From an uncultured Desulfobacteraceae bacterium (lineage in GTDB: Bacteria > Desulfobacterota > Desulfobacteria > Desulfobacterales > JALSRD01), in the NCBI GenBank assembly GCA_964442705.1, contig CAYUAQ010000001.1, positions 14,976 to 78,975 on the forward strand: a stretch of 64,000 nt of DNA, in the 5' to 3' direction. Positions 17,862-24,489 of the stretch are shown here, piece after piece. Both the position numbers and the translations under genes were made by a program. Every line of letters starts with the position of its first letter. The first letter of the stretch is position 1. The notes under the pieces were generated by a model, which saw only the letters and a list, made by a program, of their open reading frames with translations, searched no databases and was not told the DNA's origin.

Positions 17862-18928
17862 ATCAGGAAAAGGCCGAGGAGCTCAACCGCATCAAGAAAG
17901 AGCGTCGGATCGGAAACCTCGACAACCCCAACATGCCCTATGATTACAGTCGCCGGGAATACGGCACGGTGCCCCGTGACACCACGCGGGCCCCTTTTCA
18001 GTGGGTGTCCGAGGTGGCCTACAAGAACGTGCACCGCATCGTGTCCCGCGGGTACGACACCACCGAACTGATGGAGGAAGGCTACGGGGTGGTGGACGTC
18101 CTGTTCGTGGACTACCAGGCCCGCATTCCCACCATCGAAGAGAGCCGGATGCTCAACTACGTCATGATCCTGGCGCTGGAGGACGGACTGTCCATGCCGG
18201 CGGCCATATCGCGCATCGTGGCCCACGCCAAGACTTTCCTGACCCAGGCCTGCGGGGCCTCGGTACTGGCCTTCGGCCACGCCTACGGCGCTTACTCGGC
18301 CTTCGGCAACCGGCTGGAGAAATACATCCAGAAGGTCGACGACGACGGCATAAGCCTGCAGGAGGCCGCCGAGGCGCTGGTGGCCGAGAACCTGCACGAC
18401 GAGGCCCTGGGAGTATCGGGGTTGATGCTCAGGGACCCCGCAGCCAAGCGGATGATCGCAAGGGCGGAAAAGCTTGGTGTGGCAGGGCGTTACATCAAGT
18501 TTTTAAAGGAAATTGTAAAGGCTGCCCAGAAGGCTTCGGATGCTCCCGTGGACGTGGACATGCTGGGGGCCAGCGGGGCGGTCATGATGGATCTGGGGTT
18601 TTCGCCCGAGGCCGCCTGGGCCATCATGGCGGTCACTCGGGCCTATGCCGCCGGCGCCCATTTCATCGAGGAGATCGAGCGCAGCGCCTACACGCGCCTG
18701 GGCCAGGAACTGACGCCGCCGGAGGACTACGACGGGCCGGCGGAAAAGCCGGTGCCGCCCTTAAAAGACCGCGCCAAGGTCGCCAAGCCCGCCCTGTGCC
18801 GCACGCCCCAGGAGTGGAAGCAGCGCTTCGAGGAGATGAAAAAACTCTCCGGCAGCGGGTTCGCCATCATCGAGGAAATCGAGGACCCCAGCAAGAAGTC
18901 CGGCATCAAGAAGGTGGGGAAGTTGTGA
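17849..18928 (+). CDS. Citrate-synthase-fold protein B (paralog of the upstream gene, more diverged)
   Basis: 359 aa. Motifs: VLAFGHAYGAYSAFG, GVSGLMLRDPAAK, GFSPEAAWAIMAVTRAYAAGAHFIEEIER. Start MGYIDQEK has an AGAGGGGGA RBS and overlaps the upstream gene by 13 nt. The longer alternative N-terminus from 17630 is Arg/Pro-rich and implausible. Confidence 0.65.
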   Translation: MGYIDQEKAEELNRIKKERRIGNLDNPNMPYDYSRREYGTVPRDTTRAPFQWVSEVAYKNVHRIVSRGYDTTELMEEGYGVVDVLFVDYQARIPTIEESRMLNYVMILALEDGLSMPAAISRIVAHAKTFLTQACGASVLAFGHAYGAYSAFGNRLEKYIQKVDDDGISLQEAAEALVAENLHDEALGVSGLMLRDPAAKRMIARAEKLGVAGRYIKFLKEIVKAAQKASDAPVDVDMLGASGAVMMDLGFSPEAAWAIMAVTRAYAAGAHFIEEIERSAYTRLGQELTPPEDYDGPAEKPVPPLKDRAKVAKPALCRTPQEWKQRFEEMKKLSGSGFAIIEEIEDPSKKSGIKKVGKL

Positions 18929-18935
18929 AGAAAGG

Positions 18936-19055
18936 GATCAGGTATCACCTTTCAGGGATTAGGTGTCAGGAACAGAAAGTATCAGGTATCAGCTGTCAGG
19001 TATCAGGTAAAGAGGGTATCGGGTATCAGCTGTCAGGTATCAGGTTTCAGGTATG
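18936..19055 (+). repeat. Intercistronic array of TCAGG(TATC) short direct repeats, including an exact 24-nt duplication
   Basis: TCAGG occurs 9 times in about 120 nt. GGTATCAGCTGTCAGGTATCAGGT is exact at 18985-19008 and 19022-19045 (37-nt period). Confidence 0.85.
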
Positions 19056-19072
19056 AGGAATAAGCGGAGGAT

Positions 19073-20215
19073 ATGACGATGGAAGTGGTCAAACCGGTCA
19101 AACGCAATGTGCTGCTCAACCCCGGGCCTGCCACCACCACGGACACGGTCAAGTACGCCCAGGTGGTGCCGGACATCTGTCCACGGGAGCAGGAATTCGT
19201 CGACATCATGACCGAAGTGCGCCGGGAGCTGGTGAAGATCGTTCACGGCGACCCGGATAAATACACGGCCGTGATCTTCACCGGCTCGGGCACCATCATT
19301 CAGGATGTGCTGGTCAATTCCCTCGTGCCGGAGGGCAAGAAGATATGCGTGGTCAACAACGGCGCCTACGCCGCCCGCATGGCCGAGATCGCCGATTACT
19401 ACGGGATTCCCTGCGTGAACGTGGAATTCGACACCACCGGGCTGCCGGACCTGGCGGTGGTGGAAAAGGCGCTGGCAGGAGACCCGGACATCGCCGTGGT
19501 GGCGGCCGTGCACCACGAGACCGGCACGGGGGTGCTCAATCCCGTGCGCGAAATCGGCCGGCTGGCCCACAAGCACGGCTGCGTGTTCGTGGTGGACACC
19601 ATCTCCACCTACGCGCTGCGGCCCATCGACATTGCGGCCGAGAACATCGATTTCCTGATGTCATCGGCCCAGAAGGGACTGGCCGCCATGACCGGCGCAT
19701 CCTGGACCGTGGGCCGCAGGGACGAGATCGAGAAGTCCAAGGCGTATCCCACGCGCTCCTACTACTGCAACCTGTACATGCAGTACGACTTTTTCGAGCG
19801 CGTGGGCGAGATGCACTTCACGCCCCCCGTGCAGACCATCTACGCCCTGCAGCAGGCCATTCGCGAATACTGGCAGGAGGGCGAAGCGGCCCGCTGGCGG
19901 CGGCTGACCAAATGCTGGGAAGCCGTCCACCGCGGACTGGAAGAGATCGGGCTGAAGTCCGTCATCGACAGGGACATCCAGGGCAAACTGGTGGTGACCG
20001 TCAAGGCCCCCGAAGACGGGCGCTTCGACTTCAACCGTCTGCACGACTACTGCTACGAGCGGGGATTCACCATCTACCCGGGCAAGATGTTCGGCCTGAA
20101 GACCTTCCGGCTGTGCAACCTCGGAGTGATCACCGAGGAGGACATCGAAGACTTCTTCGTGGTGGCCAAGGAGGCCTTCCGGGAGATGGGGTATTCGCTT
20201 CCGCTGGAAGTTTGA
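19073..20215 (+). CDS. phnW: Class V aminotransferase, 2-aminoethylphosphonate:pyruvate transaminase (PhnW)-like
   Basis: LLNPGPATTT, NNGAYAARM, HHETGTGVLNP, SSAQKGL (PLP lysine), GFTIYPGK, FRLCNLG. These align by eye with recalled Salmonella PhnW motifs (LLTPGPLTTS, SNGAYGARM, HSETTTGMLNP, SSANKCIQG, GFVIYPGK, FRIGNIG). The substrate is not proven. Confidence 0.7.
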   Translation: MTMEVVKPVKRNVLLNPGPATTTDTVKYAQVVPDICPREQEFVDIMTEVRRELVKIVHGDPDKYTAVIFTGSGTIIQDVLVNSLVPEGKKICVVNNGAYAARMAEIADYYGIPCVNVEFDTTGLPDLAVVEKALAGDPDIAVVAAVHHETGTGVLNPVREIGRLAHKHGCVFVVDTISTYALRPIDIAAENIDFLMSSAQKGLAAMTGASWTVGRRDEIEKSKAYPTRSYYCNLYMQYDFFERVGEMHFTPPVQTIYALQQAIREYWQEGEAARWRRLTKCWEAVHRGLEEIGLKSVIDRDIQGKLVVTVKAPEDGRFDFNRLHDYCYERGFTIYPGKMFGLKTFRLCNLGVITEEDIEDFFVVAKEAFREMGYSLPLEV

Positions 20216-20275
20216 AGTGTGAAGTGTGAAAAACTGGGCGTTAGACTGCGAGTTAAAAGATAAAGGAGAAAAGAG

Positions 20276-21664
20276 ATGCAAGACAATATCCAGGAGATGT
20301 ATGAAAGGGCCCGGCGGGCTTTCAAGGAAGTCGAATTCTGGCCCCAGGAGAAGGTGGACGAGATGGTGCTGTCGGTGGCCTGGGAACTGCTCAAGGAAGA
20401 TGTGCGGAAAAAACTGGGTACCATGGCCGTGGAGGAATCGGGCATCGGCGTGGCCGAAGACAAGATCGCCAAGATCCGCAACAAGACCCTGGGCACCCTC
20501 TGGGACCAGCGGGGCGTCAAAACCTGCGGACTGGTGGAACAAGACCCCGCTTTGCAGATCCGCAAATACGCCAAACCCATCGGGGTGATCGCCAACGTGG
20601 TGCCCTGCACCAACCCGGAGTCGACCATCTGCTGCCTGGCCCTGAGCACGCTGAAGACGCGCAACGCCCAAATCGTCTCGCCGCACCCGCGCACCCAGAA
20701 GACCTCCTACGAAACCGTGGAGCACGTCCGCAAGGGGCTGGCCAAGGTGGGCGCACCCGTGGACTTGGTGCAGTGCATCCAGCGGACCAGCCACGCCAAG
20801 ACCTCGGAGCTAATGGCCAACTGCGACTACGCCGTGGCCACCGGCGGGGCCGCCCTGGTCAAGGTGGTTTACGCCGCCGGCAAGCCGGCCCAGACCGTGG
20901 GCGCCGGCAACGTGGTGTCCATCGTGGACGAGACCGCCGACATCCCGGCCGCGGCCCACAAGGTGTTCATCTCCAAGATCGCCAACAACTCGGCTTCCTG
21001 CTCCTCGGAAAACGCCGTGGCGGTGCACGTGAGCAAGTTCGACGAGATGATGGCGGCCCTCAAATCAGAGGGCGCTTACCTGTGCAGCACCGAAGAGCGC
21101 GAGAAGCTGCGCCAGACCATGTGGCCCGACGGTACCCACCTGAACCGCGACATCGTGGCCCACTCGGCCCGATTCATCGCCGACTTGGCGGGCATCGAGG
21201 TGCCTGGAGACACCCGTGTGCTCATGGTCATGGGCGAGAAGATCGGCCCCGAGGACCGTTTTTCCGGGGAGAAAATCTCGCCGGTGCTGACCGTGTGGAA
21301 GTGGAGCGATTTCGACGAGATGCTGGATCGCCTGGAAAAGATCCTCAAATTTTCGGGCGAAGGGCACTCGGCCTCCATCCACACCGAGATCGACGAACGG
21401 CGGGTGAAACTGGCGCTGCGCGCCAACGTGGGGCGCGTGGTGTGCAGCATGCCCCACTCCTACGCCAACAGTGGCGGGTGGACCTCGGGACTGCCCACCA
21501 CCGACACCCTGGGCTGCGGCAGCTGGGCCGGCAACATCACCAGCGACAACATCAACTGGCGGCATTTTCTCAACTACACCTGGCTGGCGCTTCCCAAGGA
21601 CGAGTACATCCCCGGCGACGAAGAGCTCTTCGGTGAGTTTCTCAAGAAATGGGGCAGTGACTAA
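20276..21664 (+). CDS. CoA-acylating aldehyde dehydrogenase (EutE/PduP/AdhE-N-terminal family)
   Basis: 462 aa. Candidate catalytic Cys context IANNSASCSSENAV resembles AdhE/EutE (NGxxCASEQ). The overall length and motifs are not those of classic non-acylating ALDHs. Confidence 0.7.
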   Translation: MQDNIQEMYERARRAFKEVEFWPQEKVDEMVLSVAWELLKEDVRKKLGTMAVEESGIGVAEDKIAKIRNKTLGTLWDQRGVKTCGLVEQDPALQIRKYAKPIGVIANVVPCTNPESTICCLALSTLKTRNAQIVSPHPRTQKTSYETVEHVRKGLAKVGAPVDLVQCIQRTSHAKTSELMANCDYAVATGGAALVKVVYAAGKPAQTVGAGNVVSIVDETADIPAAAHKVFISKIANNSASCSSENAVAVHVSKFDEMMAALKSEGAYLCSTEEREKLRQTMWPDGTHLNRDIVAHSARFIADLAGIEVPGDTRVLMVMGEKIGPEDRFSGEKISPVLTVWKWSDFDEMLDRLEKILKFSGEGHSASIHTEIDERRVKLALRANVGRVVCSMPHSYANSGGWTSGLPTTDTLGCGSWAGNITSDNINWRHFLNYTWLALPKDEYIPGDEELFGEFLKKWGSD

Positions 21665-21676
21665 GCTTTTCTCGGG

Positions 21677-21710
21677 AAACGGGGCACGCCGTCAAAGGCC
21701 GCCCCGTTTT
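21677..21710 (+). terminator. Terminator-like hairpin after the aldehyde dehydrogenase gene
   Basis: AAACGGGGC-(15 nt)-GCCCCGTTT followed by T, 13 nt after the stop. Confidence 0.55.
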
Positions 21711-21725
21711 GGCGAGTGGAACAGC

Positions 21726-22304
21726 ATGCCGGCCACGGAATTCCGTGACAGACTTTACCAGGCGTTGCGCGAATGTCGCTTGGAAGAGGCGCTGGCGGCG
21801 CTGCAGCGCAACCCGGAGCGCCTGCCCGCACACCGAGTCGACTCGCTTGTGGAACGGCTCGAGGGCCAGGCCCGCCAGCTGCAGATGGCGGGGGAAATCG
21901 GAGCCTGCCGGCGGATGGAACGGCACATTTTCGCGTTGCGCGCCCTCTTGGCGCATGGCCCGCAGGCCTGCAGGGTGATCCGCGACGTTGAGCTGACACC
22001 GAACTACGACGGAAAGATCCTGCTGATGAAACTGGCCGGCGGCCTGCTGGACGGCAAACTGTGCCTGCGCGGCGGCGACGAGTGGCACCGGGAGATCCTT
22101 CGAAATACGGTTGCGGAAATCGGTGATCTGGGCTTCACTGCTGTTCAGGTTCTGCCTTTGGGCGGGGGCTTATTACGCTTCGAGGACCAGCGGCACCCGC
22201 GGCTGCGGGGTGCCAGCGACGAATTTGGCCGTTGTGACATGGAGCTGGCCGCCAAGCTGCTAAGCAGCACTTTTCCGGAAACGAATATCCGGGTTGACGA
22301 TTGA
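21726..22304 (+). CDS. Hypothetical protein (192 aa)
   Basis: ORF in frame with 21471..22304. Start chosen at MPATEF, after the terminator. No recognisable motifs. Confidence 0.45.
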   Translation: MPATEFRDRLYQALRECRLEEALAALQRNPERLPAHRVDSLVERLEGQARQLQMAGEIGACRRMERHIFALRALLAHGPQACRVIRDVELTPNYDGKILLMKLAGGLLDGKLCLRGGDEWHREILRNTVAEIGDLGFTAVQVLPLGGGLLRFEDQRHPRLRGASDEFGRCDMELAAKLLSSTFPETNIRVDD

Positions 22305-22308
22305 CCCC

Positions 22309-22719
22309 ATGAGAGCCATCACCCTGCCGCGGCCCATGGCCTGGCTGGTGGCCATGGGTGCAAAAGCCATCGAGACCCGCCCGCGTGCGACACCTTACCG
22401 CGGCCCGCTGGCGATTCACGCCGCTGCTGCTGCCAGTGCGGTAACGGATCCCTACCACCGGCAGGTACTGTCAGAGGGCGGCCTGGATCCGGACCGGCTG
22501 CCCGGCGGCGTCGTTATTGCCCTGTGCCGTCTGGTGGACTGCCGGCTGATCATGCCGGCGGAATGCCCCTGCTATCCCGAGTATGCCTTCGGCTGTTTCA
22601 CTCCCGGGTGGTACGCCTGGCACCTTTCAGACATCCAGGCCCTGCCGGCGCCCATTAGCGCCCGGGGACATGCCGGACTTTGGTTGTGGCACAATGCAGA
22701 TTCTCCCTGGAGAAACTGA
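22309..22719 (+). CDS. ASCH-domain-like small protein
   Basis: MRAITLPRPMAWLVAMGAKAIETRPRATPYRGPLAIHAA...WYAWHLSDIQALP resembles the ASCH/PUA-like fold family. Starts 4 nt after the upstream stop. Confidence 0.5.
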   Translation: MRAITLPRPMAWLVAMGAKAIETRPRATPYRGPLAIHAAAAASAVTDPYHRQVLSEGGLDPDRLPGGVVIALCRLVDCRLIMPAECPCYPEYAFGCFTPGWYAWHLSDIQALPAPISARGHAGLWLWHNADSPWRN

Positions 22720-22722
22720 AAC

Positions 22723-23283
22723 ATGGATGAATCACCGAAACGGGCTGTGGGAGGGGTGAGAAATACTGAGACCGTGTATGCCGGGAGGCTGTTTTCCTTT
22801 ACCGTGGAGGACGTGCGGCTGCCAAACGGCGTGGAAACCCGCCTGGCCTTCGTGCGCCACCCAGGATCAACCGCCATCGTGCCGCTGACCGATGACGGCC
22901 AGGTGGTGATGACCCGCCAGTACCGGCATGCGGTAAAGGCCTACCTGCTGGAGGTGCCGGCCGGCACCATGGAGCCCGGAGAGCCCCCTCTGGACTGTGC
23001 GCGGCGCGAACTGGAGGAAGAGACCGGCATGCTCCCCGGCAGCATGCAGTCCCTGGGGTACATCCACATCCTGCCGTCCTATTCCGACGAGGTCATCCAC
23101 CTCTACCTGGCACGCAACCTTGCCCGCACGGCCCAGCACCTGGACCGCGACGAGATCATCGAGCTGGAAGTCCACCCCCTGGACAGGCTCATGCGGATGA
23201 TCGCAGACGGCCGCATCACCGATGCTTTGACCATCCTGTGCCTGCAGCGGACCTGGTTTTTCCTGGAGCACCAACCAGGCTGA
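22723..23283 (+). CDS. NUDIX hydrolase (ADP-ribose pyrophosphatase-like)
   Basis: Nudix box GTMEPGEPPLDCARRELEEETG. Confidence 0.85.
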   Translation: MDESPKRAVGGVRNTETVYAGRLFSFTVEDVRLPNGVETRLAFVRHPGSTAIVPLTDDGQVVMTRQYRHAVKAYLLEVPAGTMEPGEPPLDCARRELEEETGMLPGSMQSLGYIHILPSYSDEVIHLYLARNLARTAQHLDRDEIIELEVHPLDRLMRMIADGRITDALTILCLQRTWFFLEHQPG

Positions 23284-23371
23284 TCCGAACGCCACCAGCG
23301 ACCCACTCATTATATGGCCTGGGTGGGTTTGGTGGTTTTGGTGGATGGGAAATATTGCCAGACGACAGGCG

Positions 23372-24277
23372 CTAAAAGATCGACTGCATGTAGCTCTGCG
23401 TCCAGCGGTCGATGCGCACGATCAGGGCCCTGAGCGGCTCGGAGAGGTACTTGTCGCGGTGGTGCACCAGGTAGAACTTGCGCGTCAGGGTCTTGTCGGT
23501 CAGCGGGATTTCCGCCAGGCGGCCGGCCTGTATCTCTTCCTGGGCCACCTTGCGGCTGATCAGGGCGATACCCAGCCCGGCTTCCACGGCCTCCTTGATG
23601 GCCCGGTTGCTGGAAAGCTCCATGGGGATCGTCAGGGACAGCTTGTTGACCTGCACCAGTTTTTCCAGCGCCCGGCGGGGGGCCGATCCCGGCTCGTGCA
23701 CGATCATGGGGTGGTCCTCGAGATCGCGGGGGTCGAGGAGGTGTTTGCGGGTGATGGGGTGGCCCGGCGGCACGATGAGTATCAGGCGGTCCTCCAGGAT
23801 TTCCTGCATGATGATTTTGGGGTTGCCGATGGGGTAGGAGATAAACCCCAGGTCGCACTCCAGGGCAACTACTTTTTCCACCACCAGGTCGCTGGGCAGG
23901 ATGCTGACCGACAGCGTTATGTGAGGGTTGGCACGGCAGAAGGGCGTCGTGATGGAGGGCAGGTAGTAAGCGCCGAAACTCTCGCTGGCGTGCACGCGGA
24001 TGTGCCCCTTTTCAAATTTCTGGAATTCGCGTATGCTCTCTTCGGCAAAGCGCTCCATTTCGAAGATCTTTTCGGCCACCTCGTAAAGGGCCTCGCCGGC
24101 ATCGGTGAGTGCCATTTTTTTCCCGAAACGGTTGATGAAGCGCAGCTCGTACTGCTCCTGCAGCCGCTGGATGCCCTTGGTGACGGCCGGCTGGGTGATG
24201 TTAAGCTCACGAGCGGCGGCACTCAGGTTACCGTGGCGCGCCGCCAAGTAGAAAATCTTCAGCAAATTCAGGTTCAT
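23372..24277 (-). CDS. LysR-family transcriptional regulator
   Basis: MNLNLLKIFYLAARHGNLSAAARELNITQPAVTKGIQRLQEQY (LysR HTH) plus a substrate-binding domain. Start taken at MNLNLL. The longest ORF runs to 24358. Confidence 0.88.
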   Translation of the reverse strand: MNLNLLKIFYLAARHGNLSAAARELNITQPAVTKGIQRLQEQYELRFINRFGKKMALTDAGEALYEVAEKIFEMERFAEESIREFQKFEKGHIRVHASESFGAYYLPSITTPFCRANPHITLSVSILPSDLVVEKVVALECDLGFISYPIGNPKIIMQEILEDRLILIVPPGHPITRKHLLDPRDLEDHPMIVHEPGSAPRRALEKLVQVNKLSLTIPMELSSNRAIKEAVEAGLGIALISRKVAQEEIQAGRLAEIPLTDKTLTRKFYLVHHRDKYLSEPLRALIVRIDRWTQSYMQSIF

Positions 24278-24289
24278 TACTGCAATATC

Positions 24290-24310
24290 ATTACATTTGG
24301 TTATGGTAAT
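24290..24310. promoter_or_regulatory. LysR-type T-N11-A operator in the divergent intergenic region
   Basis: ATTAC-N11-GTAAT (ATTACatttggttatgGTAAT) 13 nt upstream of the LysR start. A further ATTAC direct copy lies at 24276-24280. Confidence 0.5.
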
Positions 24311-24489
24311 GAATAAAAGTATGATCTGCCAATAGCACAGCCAAGACGGCCGGATCAATCTTTTTGCACGCGCAGGAGTTGGCAGGCAGAGCAGCGGGGG
24401 AAGCGGCGCGAAGGATCAGGGTTGGCTTTTGCCCGATGGTAAGGTAAAAGAAAAGCCCATTCACCAAATAATCCAGGCTTACAGGAGCC

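Noticed and set aside
18936-19055. Possibility that the TCAGG/GGTATCAG repeats are a CRISPR array
   Set aside because: The units are 7-24 nt and irregular, with no 25-40-nt unique spacers. There are no cas genes in the window, and the array sits inside an operon.
18001-19056. 351-aa plus-strand alternate-frame ORF running through CS-fold gene B and the TCAGG repeat array
   Set aside because: The frame inside gene B gives an Arg/Gly/Pro-rich translation. The repeat part would encode an odd (SGI.C/YQ) peptide. There is no RBS. I treat the repeat as non-coding.
19661-20794. 377-aa minus-strand ORF, plus similar long antisense or alternate-frame ORFs (24712..25818, 26386..27804, 39487..40419, 44196..45521, 46753..47565, 14961..15863, 15996..16907, 17501..18397, 19345..20229, 20773..21636)
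   Set aside because: All are fully embedded in, or antisense to, genes with strong motif support. They show the Gly/Arg/His/Pro-rich composition expected from reading GC-rich coding DNA in the wrong frame.
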